Origin: Gemmatimonadaceae bacterium | GTDB taxonomy: Bacteria > Gemmatimonadota > Gemmatimonadetes > Gemmatimonadales > Gemmatimonadaceae | NCBI GenBank assembly: GCA_050733535.1 | Contig: JBOHTH010000114.1 | Location: forward strand, 1-55,575 | Length of the DNA stretch: 55,575 nucleotides | Reading direction: 5' to 3' | In this document: positions 8,323 through 16,316 of the stretch, piece after piece | Position numbering within the stretch: position 1 is the first letter of the stretch | Layout: every line of letters starts with the position of its first letter | Translations under genes and position numbers: made by a program | Notes under the pieces: generated by a model | Told to the model about the DNA's origin: nothing | Databases searched by the model: none | The model's input: the letters and a program-made list of their open reading frames with translations, nothing else

Positions 8323-10338
8323 CTATGGAGCGAACGGCTGCGCCAATGACCAGCTGACGACCGCCGCCCCGCCTGCCGCCGCCCGCACGGCAACCACGAC
8401 CGTCGCGGTGCGGGAAGGGCGCGCTCCAGAAGCATGCGTCCAAGTGACCGGCACGACGTAGCGCACCTGCGCGCCCCCGTCGGGCGTCAGCGTGACACGC
8501 GGTGCGGTCGGTGTTCCCATCTCAAGATCGACCGGACGCCGGGCGAGCCAGTCGATGAAGGCTTGGTCCACGGGTGAGGAAATCATCGAGGCGCTGAGCG
8601 CGCGCACGTTTGAGGTTCGCAGTTGATCGACAACTATGCGGGCCGCCGTGGTGGCGTCGGCCGCGGAAAGGGGCGCTGGCGATGCGCGCGGCGCAGGCGG
8701 CGGCGGCGCGGCCGACAGCGTCGACGCGGTCGATACCGGCGTCGACGGGCTCGATGCCGGCGCCGACGGGCTCAATGCCGGCGTAGACGGGCTCGATCCT
8801 GGCGTCGACGGGCTCGATGCCGGCGCCGACGCGGGCGTCGCTGCCGGGGGCTCGCCAACTCGCGTCACGGCCGCTCCCACGGGCTGCGGCGGCGGGCTGC
8901 TCGGATTGGACGCTATGACGGGCCTCGGGCGAGCCTCGACGTTGAGCGTGTGCGTGGCGGCCGATTGTCCAGGGGACGGATCAGGCGGCACGATGACTTT
9001 CGGATGCTGACGGGTACGCGACGCCATCGCGCGTTGCTCCGCCCGCGGAGGAGGTATCACGAGCGCGTGGCGCACCACCGCCTCGCGCGCCGCTGGCTCG
9101 CGCGCCGCTGGCTCGCGCGCCGCAGGCTCGGCTGGCGCAGGCGGCAGTGACTCGACCGGCTGACGCGCGGCCGAAACCGGATCGGGCGGCGTGTTTGCCG
9201 GCGGTGCTACGGTTATCGGGGCATCGGAGGTTCGCGGGCTCTCCAGCTGCGACATTTCGAGCGCGACATCACCATGCAACCGATCAACCGTCGACGACGG
9301 AGTCCGCCACCACACCACGGCGCCAACCAGCACCGCGCACGCACCGACGGCGAGCGCGCGTCGGCGCAGACCGGCGGCGCGCGAAAGGATCCGCGGCGCT
9401 TGCCGGCGCACGGCGTCGCGGAGGCGCTCTTCCATCAAGTCCACGATCGGCGCGTTGATGGACGCGAACGGAGACCCGGCCGCTGCTGCATCCTGCGTGT
9501 CCTCCTCCAACGGCATGGCTCCCGACAGCTGCTGCTTCACGATCCAGCCGAGCGGCCCACGGAAGCGCTGGTCCTGGCCATCGCTCGCATGGGCGAAGAC
9601 CCGCACCGCGTCGGTGATCGACGGAAAGCGATTCGCGGGTCGTGCCTCGAGCATGCGCTTCACCGCGCGCGACCATTCCTCGGGCACGTCCCTCGATGAG
9701 AAGTCCGTCGCGTCCGGATGCCAGCGGAGCTGAATCCGGCGCAGCCACCCTGGCGATGTGTCGAGCGGACCGCGGTCCGCCAGCAGTTCGTACGCGAGCG
9801 CGCCGAGCGCATACTGGTCCGACGCGGGTGACGGATGTGCTCCGCGATGCAGCTCAGGGCTGGCGTACGCCGGCGGCGCAGAATCTCCGAAGTCGCCATG
9901 CACTCCCGCCGCGGCGACCGCGGCGGCTCTGCCGATGTCAGCAACCATCGCATCGCCGTTTTCGTCGACTATTATGCACGAGGAGCTGATCGCGCCGTGC
10001 GCCACTCCCGCCGCGTGCGCGTGCTCGAGCGCCATCCCCACCTGCGTGAGGATCGACGCGATTGCATTGATGGACTGCAGCGGCTCGGCGGCGAGAATCG
10101 ACTCGAGGGTGACGCCGGTCACATCCTCAGTGAGGATCACGACGGTATCGCCGCGTTCACGAACCGCGAGGACTCTCACCAGATTGGGATGGCGGAGCCC
10201 GAGCGCGGGCTGCATCGCCGCGATGAAGCGCTCTCTCGCGGCGGCGCTCCACCATCGTGAGGGCCCGAACACCTGCACCGACTCACGCGTATCCGTCTCC
10301 CGCATCGTGGCGTTCTGCATGCAATCCTCCGCGACCAT
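8323..10338 (-). CDS. membrane-anchored Ser/Thr-kinase-like pseudokinase with a Pro/Ser-rich repeat linker and an unknown C-terminal domain
   Basis: C-lobe kinase motifs are present (LRHPNLVRV, YASPE, DQYALGALAYELL). The HRDLKPxN position reads AHGAISSSC and DFG reads DIG. No Gly-rich loop or VAIK Lys is present. There is one TM helix (ALAVGACAVLVGAVVWW), plus repeats PAAREPAAREPAARE and SSPSTP. I placed the start at the ATG at 10338 because the track ORF's 5' extension runs into the tRNA-Ser gene. Confidence 0.6.
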   Translation of the reverse strand: MVAEDCMQNATMRETDTRESVQVFGPSRWWSAAARERFIAAMQPALGLRHPNLVRVLAVRERGDTVVILTEDVTGVTLESILAAEPLQSINAIASILTQVGMALEHAHAAGVAHGAISSSCIIVDENGDAMVADIGRAAAVAAAGVHGDFGDSAPPAYASPELHRGAHPSPASDQYALGALAYELLADRGPLDTSPGWLRRIQLRWHPDATDFSSRDVPEEWSRAVKRMLEARPANRFPSITDAVRVFAHASDGQDQRFRGPLGWIVKQQLSGAMPLEEDTQDAAAAGSPFASINAPIVDLMEERLRDAVRRQAPRILSRAAGLRRRALAVGACAVLVGAVVWWRTPSSTVDRLHGDVALEMSQLESPRTSDAPITVAPPANTPPDPVSAARQPVESLPPAPAEPAAREPAAREPAAREAVVRHALVIPPPRAEQRAMASRTRQHPKVIVPPDPSPGQSAATHTLNVEARPRPVIASNPSSPPPQPVGAAVTRVGEPPAATPASAPASSPSTPGSSPSTPALSPSAPASSPSTPVSTASTLSAAPPPPAPRASPAPLSAADATTAARIVVDQLRTSNVRALSASMISSPVDQAFIDWLARRPVDLEMGTPTAPRVTLTPDGGAQVRYVVPVTWTHASGARPSRTATVVVAVRAAAGGAAVVSWSLAQPFAP

Positions 10339-10484
10339 GCCGTGATCCTGATACCCGCGCGCACCCTCGCAGGTTCGGGAGGCGAGCGACCGGCGCGAAC
10401 TCCGGTCGAGGTTCGTCCACGTTGAGGTGCAGGATTCGGGCCACTGCGCTAAGTTACGCTCGTTCGAGATGGTACCAGATTCAG

Positions 10485-10574
10485 GGAGCGGTGGCCGAGA
10501 GGCTGAAGGCACCGGTTTGCTAAACCGGCATACGGGGTCAACCTGTATCGAGGGTTCGAATCCCTCCCGCTCCG
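10485..10574 (+). tRNA. tRNA-Ser (anticodon GCU)
   Basis: Manual fold: acceptor GGAGCGG/CCGCTCC, D arm GCC..GGC, anticodon stem CCGGT/ACCGG with loop TTGCTAA, a long variable arm and T arm GAGGG-TTCGAAT-CCCTC. Confidence 0.9.
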
Positions 10575-10580
10575 TAGCTG

Positions 10581-10620
10581 GACCAAAGGCCGAAGACCGA
10601 AGACCGAAGACGGAGACCGA
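10581..10620 (+). repeat. GACCGAA-type heptamer microsatellite (about 5 units)
   Basis: The sequence gaccaaaggccgaagaccgaagaccgaagacggagaccga follows directly after tRNA-Ser(GCU). Confidence 0.85.
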
Positions 10621-10624
10621 TCGG

Positions 10625-10649
10625 CGGGAGACGGTAGTTTCGTCTCCCG
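10625..10649 (+). terminator. stem-loop, possible terminator after tRNA-Ser(GCU)
   Basis: A perfect 9-bp stem CGGGAGACG / CGTCTCCCG with a 7-nt loop gtagttt is followed by TTTCCGTT. Confidence 0.5.
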
Positions 10650-10711
10650 TTTCCGTTCCCGCATCCCCTCAGCATTCCGCACTCCTCCTCCGCCCTCCGC
10701 ATCGCCCCGCC

Positions 10712-12151
10712 ATGCCAGTTCGAGTCCGATTCGCCCCCAGTCCTACAGGCTATCTCCACGTTGGCGGTGCCCGCACGGCACTGTTCAACTGGCTGTACGC
10801 CCGGCAGCACGGCGGCCAGTTCCTTCTGCGCATCGAGGACACCGACAAGGCGCGCAGCACGGACGAATCCACGCGCGCGATCTTCGACGGTCTCAACTGG
10901 CTCGGGCTGCACTGGGACGAAGAGGTCGTCTATCAAGGCGCCAACCTCCCACGCCACCAGGCCGACGCGCGGCGCCTGCTCGCTGCCGGCGCGGCGTACC
11001 GCTGCTTCTGCACGCCCGAAGAACTCGAGCAGCGGCGCAAGCTCGCCGCCGCGAGCAAAGATGCGTTCAAGTACGACCGCCGCTGCGACCGCCTCGCCAC
11101 CGATGAAATCGAGCGCCGCGTGGCCGCCGGAATGCCGTTCGTAATCCGCTTTCGGATTCCCGACGGCGACACGTCGTGGGATGACATCGTCCATGAGACG
11201 ATCAGTTTTCCCAACAAGGACATCGAGGATTTCGTCGTCCTCCGCTCGGACGGCACGCCGATCTACAACATGGCCGTCGTTTCGGACGACATCGCGATGC
11301 GCATCACCCACGTCATGCGCGGCGACGATCACATCTCCAACACTCCCAAGCAGATCCTTCTTTATCGCGCGCTCGGCGCAGAGCTCCCGCGCTTTGCGCA
11401 CTTCCCGATGATCCACGGACTCGACGGGAAGAAACTTTCGAAGCGCCACGGCGCGACCGCCGTCGCCGACTATCAGCACCTCGGCATCCTCCCGCAGGCG
11501 ATGAACAACTTCCTCGTCCTCCTCGGCTGGAGCCCGGGCGGCGACCGCGAAGTGATGTCGATGGACGAAATGATCCAGTTGTTCTCCGAGAAGGGCCTGC
11601 TCCGCAAGGCGGCGGTGTTCGACACCAAGAAACTCGACTGGATGAACGGCCAGCACCTCTCCCGGCTCTCGGGTGAAGCGCTCGCGCCGCTGGCTATTCC
11701 CACCTTCGCCCGCGAAGGCCTGCTCAACCCGGGCGACGCGTTCGCAGCGTCACCGGAGTTCTACAAGCTCCTCGACTTCGTGAAGGAGCGCTGTCGCACG
11801 CTGGACGATCTGGCGCGGCTCGCGCGCCCGTACTTCACGGCGCTTCCCTTCTCGATCGACCCGGCGCTCGTCGAGTCGCACCTGCGCAAGGACGCCGCCA
11901 CGACGAAGGTCGTGCTCGACGACGCGGCAGCAGCGCTCAAGGAGCTCCCCGCGTGGACGACGGACGCGATGGAGCCTGCCCTGCGTGCCGTAGCCGAGCG
12001 GCACGGCATCGCAGCCGGCAAAGTCTTTCAGCCGATGCGCGTCGCGCTCACGGCGAGCACGGTCAGCCCCGGCATATTCGAGGTGCTCGTGCAGCTCGGG
12101 CGCGAGGTGTCGATGAAACGTCTTGCCGAGGCGGCGGCGCTCGCCACGTGA
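10712..12151 (+). CDS. gltX: glutamate--tRNA ligase
   Basis: Contains RFAPSPTGYLHVGGARTAL (HIGH motif) and KLSKRHG (KMSKS motif). I used the ATG at 10712; the upstream part of the track ORF overlaps the tRNA and the repeats. Confidence 0.95.
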   Translation: MPVRVRFAPSPTGYLHVGGARTALFNWLYARQHGGQFLLRIEDTDKARSTDESTRAIFDGLNWLGLHWDEEVVYQGANLPRHQADARRLLAAGAAYRCFCTPEELEQRRKLAAASKDAFKYDRRCDRLATDEIERRVAAGMPFVIRFRIPDGDTSWDDIVHETISFPNKDIEDFVVLRSDGTPIYNMAVVSDDIAMRITHVMRGDDHISNTPKQILLYRALGAELPRFAHFPMIHGLDGKKLSKRHGATAVADYQHLGILPQAMNNFLVLLGWSPGGDREVMSMDEMIQLFSEKGLLRKAAVFDTKKLDWMNGQHLSRLSGEALAPLAIPTFAREGLLNPGDAFAASPEFYKLLDFVKERCRTLDDLARLARPYFTALPFSIDPALVESHLRKDAATTKVVLDDAAAALKELPAWTTDAMEPALRAVAERHGIAAGKVFQPMRVALTASTVSPGIFEVLVQLGREVSMKRLAEAAALAT

Positions 12152-12849
12152 ACCGCGCGCCGCTCTCGCCGGTCGAGCAGGAGGTGTACCACTTCCTGCT
12201 CGACTTCCTCTCGGAGCACACGTTCCAGCCAAGCGTGCGCGAGATTGCGAAGCAGCTGCGGATTCCCTCAACCAAGTCGGTCGCCGACCTGCTCGGCTCG
12301 CTCGAGAAGAAGGGATACGTGGAGCGTGAGGCGGGGCGATCGCGCGGCGTCACGATCATCGGATTCGCGGGCGGACCGGGCACGGTCCCGGTGCCGGTCA
12401 TGCACGTCGACGGCGCGCCGCCGGAACTCCGCACAACCGATCATCTCACGCTCGACCGCCGTCTCGTGGCCGCTGATGATTCATTCCTTGTTCGCGCCGC
12501 GTTCGAAGACGCGCCGGATCACGGCGTGCGCATCGGCGACTTCATGCTCGTCCAGCCTTCGGCGCGCGCGAGGGACGGCGATGTGGCGGTCGTGCGCACC
12601 GCAGGTGCCGTCGTCGTGCGCGCGATGACCCGCAAGGGGGCAACGCTCCACCTCGCCGCACCCGGCGTGGGCGGAGACCTCGAACTCGGCCCGGGCGACG
12701 ACTACGTTGTACTCGGCGTTCTCGCGGGCGTGCTGAGGACGGCCGAGGACCGAAGACCGACGACCGAAGACCGAGGACCGAAAGGACCGAGGACCGAAGA
12801 CCGAAGACCGAAAGGACCGGGACGGATTACTCCAATGGAATCGAGATGA
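12148..12849 (+). CDS. LexA-like repressor (winged-helix LexA DNA-binding domain plus S24-like domain), probably non-cleavable
   Basis: The N-terminus PSVREIAKQLRIPSTKSVADLLGSLEKKGYVER matches the LexA_DNA_bind pattern. The C-terminal S24-like fold is present, but the Ser and Lys dyad positions and the Ala-Gly cleavage site appear substituted. The GTG at 12148 forms a GTGA overlap with the gltX stop. The last ~30 codons read through the heptamer repeat. Confidence 0.65.
   Translation: MNRAPLSPVEQEVYHFLLDFLSEHTFQPSVREIAKQLRIPSTKSVADLLGSLEKKGYVEREAGRSRGVTIIGFAGGPGTVPVPVMHVDGAPPELRTTDHLTLDRRLVAADDSFLVRAAFEDAPDHGVRIGDFMLVQPSARARDGDVAVVRTAGAVVVRAMTRKGATLHLAAPGVGGDLELGPGDDYVVLGVLAGVLRTAEDRRPTTEDRGPKGPRTEDRRPKGPGRITPMESR
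12735..12825 (+). repeat. GACCGAR heptamer microsatellite (about 10 units, two of them 9-nt variants) inside the 3' end of the lexA-like CDS
   Basis: The run is gaccgaa gaccgac gaccgaa gaccgag gaccgaaag gaccgag gaccgaa gaccgaa gaccgaaag gaccggg. It translates as TAEDRRPTTEDRGPKGPRTEDRRPKGPG. Confidence 0.9.
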
Positions 12850-14783
12850 CGAACGCGAATCGCGCAGCGCTCCGCTTGTTCACACTCGGGTTTCTCGTTG
12901 GCGCGCCGCTGGCCGCGCAGTCGAACACGATCCCGGCCGATCCGCCGGGTGAATGGCACAACTACAACCGCGACCTCGGCAGTTCACGCTACTCGCCGCT
13001 GAGCCAGGTGGATCGCACCAACGTCGGCACGCTCGCGCTCGCATTTACCTGGCGCCCGGACAGTGGCGTCGCGCCGCGCGAATCGAAGAACGAGAGCACG
13101 CCGCTCATGGTGCACGGCACACTGTATTTTTCGACCTCGCTCAACCGCGACGTCGTCGCGGCCGATGCCGCGACCGGAAAGCAGAAGTGGCGCTGGCACC
13201 AGGATGAAGCCGTGCGCGCCGCGGTCGCGCCGCGCCGCGGATCAGGGCGCGGGGTCAGTTACTGGAGCGATGGAAAGGAAGAGCGGATTTTCGTCGTCAC
13301 CCCGGGCTACCGGCTTGTTGCGCTCGACGCGAAGACCGGCGCGATGATTCCGACCTTCGGCGCCGACGGTGTCGTGGATCTCAAGATGCAGATCGGCGCC
13401 CCGCTCGACCCCGATAAAGCCGTCATCGGGTCGAGCTCGCCGCCGCTCGTGTTCGGCGACATCCTGGTGATCGGACCTGCGCTCGAAGTCGGATCGCGCC
13501 CGGTATCCTATAGGAACGTCCCCGGCCGCGTCCTCGCGATCGACGCGCGCACCGGAAAACTGCGCTGGCGCTTCAACACAATCCCCACGGCCGGCGAGTT
13601 CGGCTCCGATACGTGGGAGAATGGTTCCGCGGAGTATACCGGCAACGCGGGTGCGTGGGCGCCGCTCACGCTCGATGCCAAACGCGGGTGGCTCTACCTC
13701 CCGGTTGAAGCCGCGACCGGCGACTACTACGGCGGCCACCGTCTCGGCAACAATCTCTTTTCAACTTCGCTCGTGTGCGTGGACATCCGCACCGGCAAGC
13801 GCATCTGGCACTATCAGATCGTCCACCACGATATCTGGGATTACGACCCGCCCACCGCGCCGATCCTCGCGGACATCACCGTTGACGGAAAGAAGATCGA
13901 GGCTGTCGTCCAGCTCACCAAGCAGTCGTTCGCGTACGTGTTCGACCGTGTGACCGGCACGCCGGTGTGGCCAATGGTCGAGAAGCCTGTGCCGCCCTCG
14001 GACATCCCGGGCGAGCGCACCGCGCTGACGCAGCCCTTCCCCACCAAGCCGCCGGCGTACGACCGTCAGGGCATTTCAGCAGACGACCTCATCGACTTCA
14101 CGCCTGAACTGCGCGCAGCGGCGCTCGAGGCGATCAAGCAGTACCACATCGGTCCGCTCTTCACGCCAGCGACACTCCAGCACGCGGCGGACGGCACCAA
14201 GGGACTGCTCTCGCTGCCGGGCTCGCTTGGCGGCGCAGACTGGGAAGGCGGGGCCGTGGACCCCGAAACCGGCGTCGTGTATGTGGGGTCGCACACCGCG
14301 CCAAGCGTGCTCGCGATGGCGCGCGACTCCGCACACTCGGACATGAACGTCGTCAACCTCGGCGGCGGCCCGCCGAACGTGCAGGGGCTTCCGCTCCTCA
14401 AGCCGCCTTACAGCCGGATCACCGCGATCGACCTCAACCGCGGCGATTTCCTCTGGCAGATTCCGAGCGGAGGCACGCCGGACCGCGTGAAGAACAATCC
14501 GGCACTCACTGGGTTGACGATTCCTCCCACGGGCGGGTTTGGTCGTCCAGTGGTGCTGGTGACCAAGACGCTGCTGTTCGCCGCAGAGGGCTGGGGAGGC
14601 GCGCCGGTGTTACGCGCGATCGACAAGAAGACCGGCGAGGTGCTATGGTCGGGTGCGCTGCCGGGGTCGGTGAGCAGTGTGCCGATGACTTACGAGGTCG
14701 GCGGCAAGCAGTACATCGCGTTTTGGGTTGATGACGCGAGAACGCGCTTGCCGTCGGAGCTGGTAGCGTTCGCCCTTCCCTAG
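12846..14783 (+). CDS. secreted PQQ-dependent dehydrogenase (quinoprotein, 8-bladed beta-propeller family)
   Basis: Has a signal peptide (LVGAPLAAQ), WHNYNRDLGSSRYSPLSQV, STPLMVHGTLYF and repeated A.DA.TGK..W propeller motifs typical of glucose/alcohol quinoprotein dehydrogenases. The start forms an ATGA overlap with the upstream stop. Confidence 0.75.
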   Translation: MTNANRAALRLFTLGFLVGAPLAAQSNTIPADPPGEWHNYNRDLGSSRYSPLSQVDRTNVGTLALAFTWRPDSGVAPRESKNESTPLMVHGTLYFSTSLNRDVVAADAATGKQKWRWHQDEAVRAAVAPRRGSGRGVSYWSDGKEERIFVVTPGYRLVALDAKTGAMIPTFGADGVVDLKMQIGAPLDPDKAVIGSSSPPLVFGDILVIGPALEVGSRPVSYRNVPGRVLAIDARTGKLRWRFNTIPTAGEFGSDTWENGSAEYTGNAGAWAPLTLDAKRGWLYLPVEAATGDYYGGHRLGNNLFSTSLVCVDIRTGKRIWHYQIVHHDIWDYDPPTAPILADITVDGKKIEAVVQLTKQSFAYVFDRVTGTPVWPMVEKPVPPSDIPGERTALTQPFPTKPPAYDRQGISADDLIDFTPELRAAALEAIKQYHIGPLFTPATLQHAADGTKGLLSLPGSLGGADWEGGAVDPETGVVYVGSHTAPSVLAMARDSAHSDMNVVNLGGGPPNVQGLPLLKPPYSRITAIDLNRGDFLWQIPSGGTPDRVKNNPALTGLTIPPTGGFGRPVVLVTKTLLFAAEGWGGAPVLRAIDKKTGEVLWSGALPGSVSSVPMTYEVGGKQYIAFWVDDARTRLPSELVAFALP

Positions 14784-15680
14784 CTAAGGCACGATCCTCG
14801 GCGGCGGCGGCGCGAGCGGGAGCGTCGCATCCTCCTTCGCCTTCTCCGCTCTCTGCTCCTGCATCCTGTGGCGCAGTTCCTTCACCGCCGAGTTGAAATC
14901 TTCGTCCCGCGCGGACCGCGCCTCCTGCTCGATAATTTCCGCCCGCATCGCCCCTATGCGCCTCGACTCGCCGTACGTGGCTGGATTCCCCTGCACGTTC
15001 AGCGGCAACAGCGCGAGCAACGCGGTCGGAATCGAGAAGTTGCCCAGATGGATGTATCGCTGGTCGATGCCGTATTGCTTGCCATCCTTCCCCTTCACCG
15101 TCCAGTCTCCGGCCGCGCGCTGCGGGCCGAGCGCGTTGAGCGAGTCCTGCACGTGGTGCACGCCCGACGCGATGGCGCTGTCGAGCCGTTCGGTTGACGT
15201 TTTGGGTTTGACCGGCGCCGGATCCGTCGGCGCCCAGAGGCGCGGGTCAAGGAACTGCGGCGTCACGCCACGCGTAGGCCCCCCGCCATCGATGACTGCG
15301 CCGGTGCCTCCTTCCGATGGCGCGGCAGGTACGGCGGGTGTGGCACTCTTGGACGGCTCGGGCGGCAACTCCGACGGCACTTCCGTCGGTGTCACGAGCG
15401 GTGCCGGCGCGACTTTACTCGTGACGCGCCGGTTGTCACCTCCGGCCTTTCGATGCGATCCCGAATCGGCGGGGACGCGCACGTAGTCGACATGCGTTTG
15501 CATGGGCTCCGGTGGGCGCGAGCCGTCGATCCAGTGGAGCGGCACGATCGCCACGCGCACGAGCACGGCGATCACGACCACGTGGATGGCGACCGAGGCG
15601 GCAATCGTCCACGGGCCGCGGCGCGCGGGGTCCGCCCGCTCGCCCGGCGTGCTGATGGCTCGGCGTCGGTCCGCGCTCAC
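14784..15680 (-). CDS. hypothetical membrane-anchored protein (one N-terminal TM helix, Pro-rich linker)
   Basis: Contains the TM segment WTIAASVAIHVVVIAVLVRVAIV followed by a Pro-rich stretch. The architecture vaguely resembles TonB, but I recognise no domain. Confidence 0.4.
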   Translation of the reverse strand: MSADRRRAISTPGERADPARRGPWTIAASVAIHVVVIAVLVRVAIVPLHWIDGSRPPEPMQTHVDYVRVPADSGSHRKAGGDNRRVTSKVAPAPLVTPTEVPSELPPEPSKSATPAVPAAPSEGGTGAVIDGGGPTRGVTPQFLDPRLWAPTDPAPVKPKTSTERLDSAIASGVHHVQDSLNALGPQRAAGDWTVKGKDGKQYGIDQRYIHLGNFSIPTALLALLPLNVQGNPATYGESRRIGAMRAEIIEQEARSARDEDFNSAVKELRHRMQEQRAEKAKEDATLPLAPPPPRIVP

Positions 15681-15693
15681 TGCGGCGGCACGA

Positions 15694-16308
15694 TCAAGTC
15701 AGGGCCACCACGGGGCTGCGCACCTGCGAATGCCCCACGATCTCAACCTCCACCACATCGTTCGCTGCAAGCGGCCCCACTCCGGCCGGCGTTCCCGTCA
15801 GGACCACGTCGTTCGGGTTCAACGTAATATATCGCGAAATGAACGACAGGAGGACCGGGATTGGGAACACCAGATCGGCCGTCGTCGCCCGCTGGCGCTC
15901 CACCCCGTTCACCCGTGTCACGAGCGTCAGCGCGCCGAGATCATGCGCTTTGCGCGACTCTTCGCCCAGCGGAAGAAACGTATCCGAGCCCTTCGCACGC
16001 GCCCACTGGCCGTCGTTCTTCTGCCAGTCGCGAGCGGAAACATCATTGGCCGCGATAATACCCCGCACCGCCGCGGCGCATTGCGCCTCACTCGCCTTCG
16101 TCAGCTTCGCGCCGATCACCACGCCGACTTCACCCTCGTAGTCCACGCGCCCCGCACCCGCCGGCAGCTCGATGGCCGCGCCGCTGGCAACGACGCATGA
16201 CGCCGGCTTGAGGAACAGGAGCGGCTCGGCCGGCACCTCGTTCCCCATTTCCTTGGCGTGCTCGCGATAGTTCCGCCCTACACAAACGATCTTTCCCGGA
16301 CGTTCCAT
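15694..16308 (-). CDS. fumarylacetoacetate hydrolase (FAH) family protein
   Basis: Contains KIVCVGRNYREHAKEMG, DYEGEVGVVIG and VLTGTPAGVGP motifs. Confidence 0.85.
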   Translation of the reverse strand: MERPGKIVCVGRNYREHAKEMGNEVPAEPLLFLKPASCVVASGAAIELPAGAGRVDYEGEVGVVIGAKLTKASEAQCAAAVRGIIAANDVSARDWQKNDGQWARAKGSDTFLPLGEESRKAHDLGALTLVTRVNGVERQRATTADLVFPIPVLLSFISRYITLNPNDVVLTGTPAGVGPLAANDVVEVEIVGHSQVRSPVVALT

Positions 16309-16316
16309 GCCAGAGT

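Noticed and set aside
10427-10711. The N-terminal 95-codon extension of the gltX track ORF.
   Set aside because: It runs through tRNA-Ser(GCU), the heptamer repeat and the hairpin. The GltX homology (RFAPSPTGYLHVGG) begins right after the ATG at 10712.
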